From Sedimentisphaerales bacterium (GTDB lineage Bacteria > Planctomycetota > Phycisphaerae > Sedimentisphaerales > Anaerobacaceae), in assembly GCA_040772485.1 (NCBI GenBank), contig JAXGYC010000009.1, positions 288,001-352,000 of the forward strand: a stretch of 64,000 bases of DNA, written 5' to 3'. Every line of letters begins with the position of its first letter. Position 1 is the stretch's first letter. The notes beneath the pieces are model-generated. The model did no database searches. It had not been told where the DNA came from and was given only the letters and a program-made list of their open reading frames with translations. Both the position numbers and the translations under genes were made by a program. This document shows, piece after piece, positions 38,823 to 48,535 of the stretch.

Positions 38823-39818
38823 TCAGAGTCCCCAGTCGAGACGGTCGGCGTTGCGCCAATAGAAGCGGCCCAGCACGTGCGCCAGGACAAACGGTATATA
38901 GCTGGTCAGGATGAGGCCGGCCGCATCCCGCACGATAGAGGGCACGGCATCCTCCGGGCTTCTCCCCACGAGCCAGAACAAGCCTGCGAACGGCAGAATG
39001 AGCGAGATCAGGCCGACGTACTGAAGGAATGTGTGGAAGATCGAGACTATCAGGAAGACCGGATTCAGCGCGCTGATCGAGTCGTTGACGACCATCGCCA
39101 GCAGGCCGATCGGGAAGAACACCAGACTGTACGCTGCGAGGCCCCAGAAGATCGCATCACGCCGCGGGACAGACATCGCGTAGAGAACGGGCGGGAGCAG
39201 GTATACGATATAGACCGCCAGCAGGTACGCCACGCGCGACCACATGTCCCCGAGTCCGACTCCGACGAATTCCGGGGCCCGCGTGCCGCCCAGGGCGCTG
39301 TCGTAGACACACTCGGCCAGGTACCAGGCGGCGTAAAGGCCGAGGATGACGGAGGCGAGGAAGAACACGAAGCCGATGCGCCCGAGCAGCGGGAGGTAGG
39401 ACTGGATGAGGGCCAACACCAGCGGCGCGCCGATGAGCACCGCCATTACGATCAGGCCCGATGCGCTGGTGGGGTACAGCAGGATGTCGATCGGCCAGGC
39501 GAAACGGCGCTCGCCCGTGTGCGGAGGCTTGCGCTGGATGCCGAGCGACGTCAGGAGTCGCTCCTCCTCCTGCCTGTGCTCCGCAATCCGGTCCCGCAGT
39601 TCCTGCTCGTCGGGCAGATCCAGCATCGCCTTGTCCAGCGGCTTGGCCGGCGCGATAAGCGTCAGTTCGTCTCCTTGCGTCTCGACGACCGGCTCGGGGG
39701 CCGACGCCTGCGGGATCGCGATCTCGGCCTTGCACCGGGGGCATCGGCTCATGCGACCGGCCCAATCCTCCCGGACGACAAGTCTCTGCGAACAATTCGG
39801 ACAGCGAAACTCCAGCAT
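38823..39818 (-). CDS. Zinc-ribbon membrane protein, paralog A
   Basis: FRCPNC..RCPRC, about 6 TM segments, C-terminal GRFYWRNADRLDWG. Confidence 0.85.
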   Translation of the reverse strand: MLEFRCPNCSQRLVVREDWAGRMSRCPRCKAEIAIPQASAPEPVVETQGDELTLIAPAKPLDKAMLDLPDEQELRDRIAEHRQEEERLLTSLGIQRKPPHTGERRFAWPIDILLYPTSASGLIVMAVLIGAPLVLALIQSYLPLLGRIGFVFFLASVILGLYAAWYLAECVYDSALGGTRAPEFVGVGLGDMWSRVAYLLAVYIVYLLPPVLYAMSVPRRDAIFWGLAAYSLVFFPIGLLAMVVNDSISALNPVFLIVSIFHTFLQYVGLISLILPFAGLFWLVGRSPEDAVPSIVRDAAGLILTSYIPFVLAHVLGRFYWRNADRLDWGL

Positions 39819-39883
39819 AAGACCCTCGAGGTCTGATGGGCGGACGACGGTCGGCCCCGCACATCGCATCCACCCAAGAGGTC

Positions 39884-42601
39884 CTATGTGCTGAGCTTTG
39901 CCCCAATCAGCGCCTTGGCGCGGGCAAGGGCCTCGTCGAGCTTGGCGGGGTCTTTGCCGCCGGCCTGGGCCATCTGGGGTCGGCCGCCGCCACCGCCACC
40001 GACGATCGGGGCGATCTCCTTGATGACGTCGCCGGCTTTGAGACCTTTTTTGACCAGATCGTCCGTCACGCCGGCCAGCAGCGTCGCCTTGCCGTCCTCC
40101 TCGAAGCCCAGCACGATAGCGGCCGAAACCGCCTTCTTCTTGAGCATGTCCACGGCCTCACGGGCCCGCTCTATGGAAGTAGACGCGAGGCGGCCGACGA
40201 TAATCGAGGAATCTCCGGCTTTTTCGCAGGCGTCGAGCAGATCGCGGGCCTCGGCCATGGTGTCGGGTCCGGCGGTCCTGGAGGCGTTCTTGATCTCCCT
40301 GGCGAGCTTCCTGTTGTCTTCCATGAGCTGCGCGACGCGGTCGGCGAGCTTGTCGGCGGGGATCTGAAGCAGGGCGGTCAGGCGGTCGATGACCTCGCCG
40401 GCCTGTTCGAGATGGGCCATGAGAGCGGCGCCGGTCATTGCGGTGATGCGGCGGACGCCCGCGGAGATGCTCTCCTCTTTGAGGATCTTGAAACCGCCGA
40501 TCGAGCCGAGCTGGTCTACGTGGGTCCCGCCGCAGAATTCCCGGCTGAACGCCCTGTCGAGCTCGTTCTCGCTGCCAGCGCCGACGGCCACGACCCGGAC
40601 CTCCTCGCCGTATTTCTCGCCGAACAGCGCCATCGCGCCGAGCTTTTGCGCCTGGTCCTTGGGCATCACCGTCCAGGTCACGGGCAGATCGGAGGCGATC
40701 TTCTCGCGGACCAGCGTCTCGACCCTGGCCAGTTCGTCCTTCGTCGGCGCCTTGGGATACGTGAAGTCGAAGCGAAGGTAATCGGGTCCCACGTAACTGC
40801 CCTGTTGGGACACGGACTTGCCGAGCACCTGCTGCAACGCCCACTGGAGCAGGTGGGTGGCGGTGTGATTCTTCTTGATCGCGTTGCGGTCCTTGTTGAC
40901 GATCGCGGTGACGGCCTGGCCCGCGCTGAGCGCGCCCTTGGTCAACGTGCCCCGATGGACGACGCAGTTGGCGATGCGCATCGTGGCCTCGACGACGAAC
41001 TCGCTGCCGTCGGCGACGATCACGCCGCAATCGCCGACCTGGCCGCCTGACTCGGCGTAGAAACACGTCTTGTCGAGAACCAGACCGACCTCGATGTCAC
41101 GAGGCACCTGGCCCTGCCTCTTGAAGCCTTCCGGATCGATCCAGCCGAGCAGAGTGCTGTCGCAGCGATCCGTGCGATACTTGTGCATGTCCTCGGTGGT
41201 CGGCAGTTCGTTGTCCGTCAGGTTGGCCAGCAGGGCGTCGCTCTTCTTGGCGGCCCGGGCTCGCTCCCGTTGCTCGTCCATCAACTCGGCGAAGCGATTC
41301 GTGTCCACCGCCAGACCCCGCTCCTGGGCCATCAGTTGCGTCAGGTCAAGCGGGAAGCCGTAGGTGTCGTAGAGCTGGAAGGCGTCGTCGCCAGGGATAG
41401 TCTTGCCGGAGGTTGCGGCGGCCCGCTTGGCGGCGCTGCGGAAGATCTCCAGCCCACGGTCGAGCGTTCGACCGAAGCTGGCCTCCTCCGCTTCCACGAC
41501 TGTCGCGACGTGGTCCGCCCGATCTCGAATCTCGGGGAAGGCCTCGCCGAGCACGTCGATCACGACGGGGATCAGCTTGTGCAGGAAGGGCTCGCGCATG
41601 TCGAGCTCCCGCCCGAATCGTGACGCCCGCCGCAGGATGCGCCGAATGACATAGCCCCGCCCGTCGTTGGAGGGCGTCGCGCCATCGGTGATGGCGAACA
41701 CGAGCGTGCGCACGTGGTCCGCGATCACGCGGAACGCGTTGTCGGTCTTGTTGCCGAGCTTGGATGTGTAGGTGTGGCCGCTCAATTCGCTCGTGCGCTG
41801 AATGATCGGCATGAACAGGTCGGTATCGTAGTTGCCGGCCTTGTTCTGGAGCACCGAGACGATGCGTTCGAGCCCGGCGCCGGTGTCCACGCCGTGCGCC
41901 GAGAGCGGCACCAGACGGCCGGAAGGCTGGCGATTGTACTGGATGAACACCAGGTTCCACAGCTCGATGAACCGGGCGCAGTCGCCGTTGACGCCGCAGC
42001 GGTGGCCCGGCACGCCCTTCATATCACACGCTTCGGGGCCGAGGTCGATGTGAATCTCGCTGCACGGGCCGCACGGACCGGTGTCACCCATCTCCCAGAA
42101 GTTGTCCTTCTTGCCGAACCCCAGCACGCGCTCGGGCCGGATCGGCGTGACCTTCGTCCAGAGTCGCGCGGCTTCTTCGTCTTTGGGCAGGCCGTCTTTC
42201 TCGTCACCCGCGAAAACCGATGCCCACAACCGATCGGGATTGATCTGCCAGACCTTGGTGAGCAGCTCCCACGCCCACTCGATCGCCTCGGCCTTGAAGT
42301 AATCTCCGAACGACCAGTTGCCGAGCATTTCGAAGAACGTGTGATGGCGGGTGTCCTTGCCGACCTCTTCGAGGTCGTTGTGCTTGCCGCTGACGCGCAG
42401 GCACTTCTGGCTGTTGACGGCCCGTGGCCACTGCGGCGCCGTCAGTCCCACGAAGATGTCTTTGAACTGGTTCATCCCAGCGTTCGTGAACAGCAGCGTC
42501 TCATCGCCGTGCGGCACGAGCGGCGAACTGGGAACGAACGTGTGGCCTTTTCCAAGGAAGAATTCGATGAAGCTCTTTCGGATTTCGCGGGCGGTTAACA
42601 C
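39884..42601 (-). CDS. alaS: Alanine--tRNA ligase
   Basis: LLFTNAGM.QFK, HHTFFEMLGNWSFG, GPCGPCSEI, HTATH, EFCGGTH and GGGGGG..AQAGG motifs; GTG start. Confidence 0.98.
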   Translation of the reverse strand: MLTAREIRKSFIEFFLGKGHTFVPSSPLVPHGDETLLFTNAGMNQFKDIFVGLTAPQWPRAVNSQKCLRVSGKHNDLEEVGKDTRHHTFFEMLGNWSFGDYFKAEAIEWAWELLTKVWQINPDRLWASVFAGDEKDGLPKDEEAARLWTKVTPIRPERVLGFGKKDNFWEMGDTGPCGPCSEIHIDLGPEACDMKGVPGHRCGVNGDCARFIELWNLVFIQYNRQPSGRLVPLSAHGVDTGAGLERIVSVLQNKAGNYDTDLFMPIIQRTSELSGHTYTSKLGNKTDNAFRVIADHVRTLVFAITDGATPSNDGRGYVIRRILRRASRFGRELDMREPFLHKLIPVVIDVLGEAFPEIRDRADHVATVVEAEEASFGRTLDRGLEIFRSAAKRAAATSGKTIPGDDAFQLYDTYGFPLDLTQLMAQERGLAVDTNRFAELMDEQRERARAAKKSDALLANLTDNELPTTEDMHKYRTDRCDSTLLGWIDPEGFKRQGQVPRDIEVGLVLDKTCFYAESGGQVGDCGVIVADGSEFVVEATMRIANCVVHRGTLTKGALSAGQAVTAIVNKDRNAIKKNHTATHLLQWALQQVLGKSVSQQGSYVGPDYLRFDFTYPKAPTKDELARVETLVREKIASDLPVTWTVMPKDQAQKLGAMALFGEKYGEEVRVVAVGAGSENELDRAFSREFCGGTHVDQLGSIGGFKILKEESISAGVRRITAMTGAALMAHLEQAGEVIDRLTALLQIPADKLADRVAQLMEDNRKLAREIKNASRTAGPDTMAEARDLLDACEKAGDSSIIVGRLASTSIERAREAVDMLKKKAVSAAIVLGFEEDGKATLLAGVTDDLVKKGLKAGDVIKEIAPIVGGGGGGRPQMAQAGGKDPAKLDEALARAKALIGAKLST

Positions 42602-42685
42602 TGTGTTTGCACCTCGGGTCAGGTTCTTTCCAACAATTCCGTCCGTGGCGAACGGCAAGTCATCCTTATTCGACGACACGGTCTG

Positions 42686-43960
42686 TTACGGTCTGACAAC
42701 GACCGGCTGCACCCAGGCGGATTCACACTCGTCGGGCACATGGGATTTCTCGTTCTTGCGCGAAGAGATCACCTTGGCGCGGACGTAGATCTCGTCGCCC
42801 TGGAACTGGTATCGGGCGAGAACGCCCTCGACTTCGGCCAGCACGGCGCCAATATCGCCGCTGTAGCGGCGCGTCGTTCGTATCTCCTTGCCCTCGGCGT
42901 CGGTCACCGCCTGGCTTGCCGGGTCGTAACCGCGCCGCGTGCCGATGAACTGCGTGGTGTAGTGGACACCCGGTTCAGGCTGGACGGCGACCGCCAGGGT
43001 AGTGCCGTCGAACGCAACGTCTTTCAGTGTTACGCCGGTAGAACAGTAGAAATCGCCGGCGTTCATGGCGTTGATGATCGATTCCGGCGTCAACTTCGCT
43101 GCTCGAACGACGACCCATGCCTGGCCTGGATTGGCGGCGCGGGCATCGAACTTGTGGTAGTTGTGGGCATCGTCGGTAGCCACGCCGTACACGATGTCCG
43201 ATCCCGACTCGGCCAAACGCCTGGCCAGCAGGATGTCCCACATCCGTTCCGTGCCGGCCCGCTGCTCGTCGCCGTCGTTGTTCACATAGCCGTGGGCGTT
43301 GTAGACCTCGAAGAACCGGAATCCTCGCAGCCCGATCATGTCTTCCGCTGTCAGGGCCCACTGGAAGTTGGGATGGTTCACGTGGACCAGCATGGCCTGG
43401 CCGGTCTTGGCCTGCTGGGCATGGACGGCGTCGATGTTGTTCTGGAGCAGCTCGGCCATCGTCGCGCCTCCCTGGGGCGGGATCACCTCGATCAGATGGA
43501 TGCCGTTCAGATGCGCCTTGTCGCTGATCTCCTCGGACTGGATCAACAGAAATCGCCCGGATTCTTCAAAGAGACACCGGTATTCCGTGAGTGGCTTGAG
43601 CCGGACTTCGGTTTCGCCTTTGTCGTTCTGCCGGGTCTCGACCCAGCCGTCGCCGAACCGGGCGAGGTATTTGTCGAAGGCCGCCCGCCGGGCGTCAGTC
43701 ACCGCGATCCATCGCTGTCCCTGTGACAGCACGTTGTGGTCGGACAGCGCCAGGAAATGGTAACCATGCTCGCGATACCACTGCACGACCATTTCGGGGA
43801 AGTCGTTTCCGTCGCTCCAGAAGGAATGGGTGTGCAGATTGCCCTTCCACCAGCGCGGTCCGGCTTCTTCGCCGGCGCGTGCGGCCAATGCTGCAGCCGT
43901 ACAAACCGCCAGAAGTGTCCAGAGAAGAACTCTCATCGACAGTCGGTGCAGGATTCGCAT
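42686..43960 (-). CDS. Secreted PHP-domain metallohydrolase
   Basis: Signal peptide, WWKGNLHTHS.WSDG, LSDHN, NHPN, EVYN and TDDAH motifs. Confidence 0.9.
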   Translation of the reverse strand: MRILHRLSMRVLLWTLLAVCTAAALAARAGEEAGPRWWKGNLHTHSFWSDGNDFPEMVVQWYREHGYHFLALSDHNVLSQGQRWIAVTDARRAAFDKYLARFGDGWVETRQNDKGETEVRLKPLTEYRCLFEESGRFLLIQSEEISDKAHLNGIHLIEVIPPQGGATMAELLQNNIDAVHAQQAKTGQAMLVHVNHPNFQWALTAEDMIGLRGFRFFEVYNAHGYVNNDGDEQRAGTERMWDILLARRLAESGSDIVYGVATDDAHNYHKFDARAANPGQAWVVVRAAKLTPESIINAMNAGDFYCSTGVTLKDVAFDGTTLAVAVQPEPGVHYTTQFIGTRRGYDPASQAVTDAEGKEIRTTRRYSGDIGAVLAEVEGVLARYQFQGDEIYVRAKVISSRKNEKSHVPDECESAWVQPVVVRP

Positions 43961-43963
43961 CGC

Positions 43964-45028
43964 CTATTCCTCTGACTCCTTGTCCTTCGTCTTCTCTTTC
44001 ACCAGGTCGCTCAGGCCCTTGGTGGCCAGGACCTTGTCCTTGATCTCGTTGCGGAGATCGGGATTCTCCGCCAGGTACGTCTTGGCGTTCTCCCGTCCCT
44101 GCCCGAGGCGGAGATCGCCGTAGTTGAGCCAGGCGCCGCTTCGCTGCACGACGTCCGACGCGAGGGCCAGATCGATCAGGTCGCCCTCGTAGCTGATGCC
44201 GCTGTCGAACATGATGTCGAACTCGGTCTCGCGGAAGGGCGGGGCGATCTTGTTCTTGACGATTCGAGCGCGGACGCGCGAGCCGATGGCGCCCTTGGCG
44301 TCTTTGAGTGTGGTGATCCGCCGCAAATCGATGCGGACGGAACTGTAGAATTTCAGGGCCTTTCCGCCCGGCGTGGTTTCGGGGTTCCCGAACATGACGC
44401 CGATCTTCATGCGAATCTGGTTGATGAAAACCAGGGCCGTCCGGCTCTTGTTGATGATGGCGGTGAGCTTTCGCATCGCCTGGCTCATCAGGCGGGCCTG
44501 AAGGCCGACGTGGGCATCGCCCATCTCGCCTTCGATCTCCGCTTTGGGTGTTAGCGCCGCTACCGAGTCGACGACGATGATATCTACGGAATTCGAGGCG
44601 ATCAGCATCTGGGCGATATCGAGGGCCTGTTCGCCCGTATCAGGCTGGCTGACCAGCAGGCTGCTGACGTCGACGCCGAGCCGCTTGGCCCAGGTCGTGT
44701 CCAGGGCGTGCTCGGCATCGATGAACGCCGCGACCCCGCCGAGCTTCTGGGCTTCGGCGATGGCGTGCAGCGCCAGCGTGGTCTTGCCGGAGGATTCAGG
44801 CCCGAACAGTTCGGTGATTCGGCCTCGCGGGATCCCCGCGCCGCCCAGCGCGATGTCCAGCGACAGCGAGCCCGTGCCGATGCCTTCGATCTTCGCGTAG
44901 GAGTGCTCGTCCATCTGCATGATGGACCCTTGGCCGTACTGCTTCTCGATCTGCGCGATCACGCGATGCAGGGCAGCGTCCTTGCCGCTGGCGCCCTCGA
45001 CCGGTGTTGCCTTCTTTGCTTTCGCCAT
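43964..45028 (-). CDS. recA: Recombinase A
   Basis: [34 protein letters not shown] and [12 protein letters not shown] motifs. Confidence 0.99.
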   Translation of the reverse strand: MAKAKKATPVEGASGKDAALHRVIAQIEKQYGQGSIMQMDEHSYAKIEGIGTGSLSLDIALGGAGIPRGRITELFGPESSGKTTLALHAIAEAQKLGGVAAFIDAEHALDTTWAKRLGVDVSSLLVSQPDTGEQALDIAQMLIASNSVDIIVVDSVAALTPKAEIEGEMGDAHVGLQARLMSQAMRKLTAIINKSRTALVFINQIRMKIGVMFGNPETTPGGKALKFYSSVRIDLRRITTLKDAKGAIGSRVRARIVKNKIAPPFRETEFDIMFDSGISYEGDLIDLALASDVVQRSGAWLNYGDLRLGQGRENAKTYLAENPDLRNEIKDKVLATKGLSDLVKEKTKDKESEE

Positions 45029-45073
45029 TGGGTTGATCTCCACGAATTGTCTCGCCTTTTGGTTCTCTGGCTG

Positions 45074-45640
45074 CTACTGCAGTTCGTAACGGCCCAGACA
45101 CGTATAAATCGGCCCTTCGGGCCTCAGTTGGCTCTCAAACACGCATACCGAGTCGCAGCGCATCGTGCCGAGATCGAAATCCTTGTATTGCTCGGCCATC
45201 CTGGCCATCTCGAAGCCGGCCTTGGTGTTGCGAATGCGACACAGGGTCAGATGGCCCGAGAACTTCCGGGCTTCTTTGGGCCAGCCGGCCGCAGCCAGCT
45301 CGTCTTCGAGGTCCTGCTGGAGTTCCAGCAGTTCGGCGCAATCGAGGCCCGCCCCGACCCAGAGCACGCGGGCGCTGCGGCCGCCGAAGCAGCCGACCTC
45401 GTTGACGGAAAGGTCGAACGCCGCGTGACAGGCTGTCACCACCTTGACGGCTTCGCAGACGTTGACAACCTCGCGGTCCCGCACCTCGCCCAGGAATTTG
45501 AGCGTCAGGTGCATCGCCTCGGGGCCGACCCATTTGACGTCGCCCTTGCGGATGTTCGCCTCGGCGGCGATGTCCTGCTGGAGATCGCCGAGGGCGGCTC
45601 GAATGTCTTCGTCAATCTCGATCGCGATGAAACACCGCAT
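45074..45640 (-). CDS. thpR: RNA 2',3'-cyclic phosphodiesterase (2H family)
   Basis: MRCFIAI N-terminus and two HLTL motifs; directly upstream of recA. Confidence 0.95.
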   Translation of the reverse strand: MRCFIAIEIDEDIRAALGDLQQDIAAEANIRKGDVKWVGPEAMHLTLKFLGEVRDREVVNVCEAVKVVTACHAAFDLSVNEVGCFGGRSARVLWVGAGLDCAELLELQQDLEDELAAAGWPKEARKFSGHLTLCRIRNTKAGFEMARMAEQYKDFDLGTMRCDSVCVFESQLRPEGPIYTCLGRYELQ

Positions 45641-45658
45641 CGTGCGTCTTCCGTTCTC

Positions 45659-46564
45659 TCAAAAACTCGTGAATCGCCGCAGCTCTTCGAGCCTGGCGTC
45701 GATGTCCTTGCGGCGGGTCCCGCTCAGTCCATTCAAGGAGAAATCCGCGATCGTGAACGAGGCGACCACGGTCCCGTACGCCAGCGCCAGTTTCAGGGTG
45801 TCGAAATCCGCCCGGCCCTGCTGGGCGACGCAGCCCAGAAATCCGCCGGCAAAGCTGTCGCCGGCGCCCGTCGGGTCTACGACCTCGGTGGCCGGATACG
45901 CAGGCAACAGGAACTTGCTGCCGTCGGCGCCGCACATCAGAGAACCCGACTCGCCTTTCTTGACGATCACCACCTTCATTCCCATCGCCAGCACATCGTC
46001 CGCAGCCTGGACGAGATTGGAGCGGCCGGAAAGCAGCCTGGCCTCGTCGTCGTTGATGATCAGGCAGTCGATCCTCTTGAGCAGCTTCTTGAGGTCGTCG
46101 AGATGTCCCTCGATCCAGAGGTTCATCGTGTCGGCGGCGACGAATACGGGCTTGGCGATCTGGTCGAGCAGCTCAAGCTGAAGCGCCGGCGCCGTGTTGG
46201 CCAGGAAGACGAACCGGCTGTCCCGGAACGCCCTTGGCAGTTTCGGCGGCGCCTCCTGGAGGACGTTGAGCTCGACGTAATCCGTCGTCCGGTCGTTCAT
46301 GTTCTCCTGGTAGGTCCCGTGCCAGACGAAGGTCTTGCTGCCGGGCCTGACCTCCAGGCCTCGCAGGTCCACCTCGCGCCCCTTGAAGACCTCCGCGAGG
46401 TCGAACGGGCAGTCGTCGCCCACCACGCCCACGAACCGCACGGGCGCAAAGAAGCTCGCCGCCATGCTGAAGTAAATGGACGAGCCGCCCAGACACCGCT
46501 CGCTGACCCCGTGGGGCGTCTTGACCGTATCGATTCCAATCGAACCGGTGACCAGTAGCGACAT
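45659..46564 (-). CDS. PfkB family carbohydrate/nucleoside kinase
   Basis: VTGSI..D, LGGS, VKKGE.G and VDPTGAGDSFAGG motifs. Confidence 0.93.
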   Translation of the reverse strand: MSLLVTGSIGIDTVKTPHGVSERCLGGSSIYFSMAASFFAPVRFVGVVGDDCPFDLAEVFKGREVDLRGLEVRPGSKTFVWHGTYQENMNDRTTDYVELNVLQEAPPKLPRAFRDSRFVFLANTAPALQLELLDQIAKPVFVAADTMNLWIEGHLDDLKKLLKRIDCLIINDDEARLLSGRSNLVQAADDVLAMGMKVVIVKKGESGSLMCGADGSKFLLPAYPATEVVDPTGAGDSFAGGFLGCVAQQGRADFDTLKLALAYGTVVASFTIADFSLNGLSGTRRKDIDARLEELRRFTSF

Positions 46565-46572
46565 GGCAAATC

Positions 46573-48225
46573 TTACTCCGACGGCACTTGCGTGCGGAAT
46601 CTTTCCAGGGCGGCGTCGACACGGGCAAGCGTTCGCTCTTTGCCGAGCAGATTGACCGAATCGAAGATCGGCAGGCTGATCGTGGTTCCACACAGCGCGA
46701 CGCGCAGCGGCTGGGCCACCTTGCCCAGGCCGACCTGCTTCTCCGTGGCCAGCCCGCGCAGCATCTCTTCGAGCGCCTGCTCGGTGTACTCATCCATCGT
46801 TGCCAGCCGGTCCCGCACGATTTGCAGTATGTCCAGCGCGCCGCCCTTGAGCAACACCTTCTTGACGGCGCCTTCATCGAACTCGATCTTGTCGTCATCG
46901 ACGAAGAGGAACCGGCTCTTATTGTCGATGTCTTCGAGCGTCCGCGCGCCTTCGCAGAGCCGGATGATCCGCAACAGCGTCTCGTCGTCGGCCCTGAGCA
47001 AGGGCGACTGGACCTCGGTCAGATAGGCTCGCAAGTGCTTGAGAACCTTCTCGGGCGGCAGCATGCGAAGGTGCTCGGTGTTGAACGCCACGAGCTTCTG
47101 ACGGTCGAACAGGCTGTTGCTTTTGGTCAGTCGAGTCAGCTCGAACGACTCGATCAGCTCCTGAACGGTCATGACTTCCCGCTGGTCGCCCGGGTTCCAG
47201 CCCAGCAGCGCCAGGAAGTTGACCAGCGTCTCGGGCAGGTAGCCGCTCTTGAAGAAATCGACGATGTTGATTTCGGGAAGATGCACGCTGAGGTACTCTG
47301 CCATAGCGTCGATCGCGGGCATGTCCGGCGTGGTCTCGCCAGCGAGAAACGCTTGCACGTCGCCTTCGCTGATTCCGCCTGCCTCGGCCAACTTGGCTAT
47401 GTCGGGGTCCGACAGGGCCTGGATCGCGGCGCGCAGGGCCTTGGGCCGCTCGCGTTTGGAGAGCTTGCCTCCGCTGTCGCTGACGGTCACGGACATGTGA
47501 GCGTACTTGGGCAGCGGCGCATCGGGGAACATCGCCTGCCACAGGGCTTGCTGGCCCGGCGTGTTCATCAGGTGCTCCTGGCCGCGAAGGACGTGCGTCA
47601 CCTCCATCAGGCGGTCGTCCACCACGCAGGCGAAGTTGTAGGTGGGGAAGCCGTCGCTCTTGAGGATAATGAAATCGGCCAGCTCGGCCGGGTTGAAGCT
47701 GATCTGGCCACGAACGAGGTCGTCGACCACGATGGGGCCATCCTGGGGGATCGCGAACCGCACGGTTACCGGCCGGCCTTCCGCACGGGCCTTTCTCGCG
47801 TCTTCTTCGGATGGCGACTGCGCGGGCCGGCGGAAGACGAACCCCGTCTTCTGAGCCTCGGCCTCCTGCCGCATCGCATCGAGGTCTTCGGAGGTCTCGA
47901 AGCAGTAATACGCCTTGCCCTTGTCGAGGAGCTGCCTGACGTGCTTGTCGTAGAGATCTCGGCGTTCCGACTGGCAGTAGGGCCCGTTCGGCCCGCCCAC
48001 GTCCGGCCCCTCGTCCCACTCGATTCCCAGCCAGCGCAGGTCGGTCATCACCTGCCGGGCGGCGGTCGGGGTGTTGCGCTTCTGGTCGGTGTCCTCGATC
48101 CGCAGGATGAACCGCCCGCCCGTCCGCCGGGCCCAAAGCCAGTTGAACAGCGCGGTCCGGCCCCCTCCGACGTGCAGATAGCCCGTCGGCGACGGGGCAA
48201 AACGTGTTACCACTGGCTCTGACAC
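46573..48225 (-). CDS. gltX: Glutamate--tRNA ligase with a 60-aa insertion after the KMSKS motif
   Basis: RFAPSPTG.LHVGG, LRIEDTD, PTYNFA.VVDD, KLSKR and PLRVAL.G motifs. Confidence 0.97.
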   Translation of the reverse strand: MSEPVVTRFAPSPTGYLHVGGGRTALFNWLWARRTGGRFILRIEDTDQKRNTPTAARQVMTDLRWLGIEWDEGPDVGGPNGPYCQSERRDLYDKHVRQLLDKGKAYYCFETSEDLDAMRQEAEAQKTGFVFRRPAQSPSEEDARKARAEGRPVTVRFAIPQDGPIVVDDLVRGQISFNPAELADFIILKSDGFPTYNFACVVDDRLMEVTHVLRGQEHLMNTPGQQALWQAMFPDAPLPKYAHMSVTVSDSGGKLSKRERPKALRAAIQALSDPDIAKLAEAGGISEGDVQAFLAGETTPDMPAIDAMAEYLSVHLPEINIVDFFKSGYLPETLVNFLALLGWNPGDQREVMTVQELIESFELTRLTKSNSLFDRQKLVAFNTEHLRMLPPEKVLKHLRAYLTEVQSPLLRADDETLLRIIRLCEGARTLEDIDNKSRFLFVDDDKIEFDEGAVKKVLLKGGALDILQIVRDRLATMDEYTEQALEEMLRGLATEKQVGLGKVAQPLRVALCGTTISLPIFDSVNLLGKERTLARVDAALERFRTQVPSE

Positions 48226-48266
48226 CCTTTAGGCTCCTCGATAGTCGCAAAAGTATGGAAATCAGG

Positions 48267-48295
48267 AGTTTACGCCGTATAATGCCTTCTGTCAA
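48267..48295 (-). promoter_or_regulatory. Sigma70 promoter of the gltX-pfkB-thpR-recA-alaS run
   Basis: Minus strand TTGACA-17 bp-TAAACT. Confidence 0.75.
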
Positions 48296-48365
48296 GCGCC
48301 GGACAAAGCATGCCAAATCCGAAATTCGAATCCCGGCGCGCCGGGACGGCGGATCAGATCAACCC

Positions 48366-48492
48366 GTAGGATGGGCTTTAGCCCATGCGGTCGATGCAGG
48401 TCGATGTTCGTAGGGGCAACCCCCCGTGGTTGCCCTATTTCCGAACGTGGTTGCCCGGTTTCGTTTGGGCAGGCACGGGGGCCTGCCCCTAC
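48366..48492. repeat. Cluster of three GTAG-REPs (one single plus an inverted hetero-doublet)
   Basis: GTAGGATGGGCTTTAGCCCAT; GTAGGGGCAACCCCCCGTGGTTGCCC; GGGCAGGCACGGGGGCCTGCCCCTAC. Confidence 0.85.
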
Positions 48493-48535
48493 CATTGCGG
48501 CTCGGCCGAGCACGAGGAGATCGCGATTCCCTGGA

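Noticed and set aside
48310..48350. tRNA-like TTCGAATCCC
   Set aside because: No cloverleaf or acceptor stem; part of a heptamer repeat remnant.
48366..48492. Possible CRISPR array
   Set aside because: Units are non-identical REP palindromes without regular spacers, and there are no cas genes.
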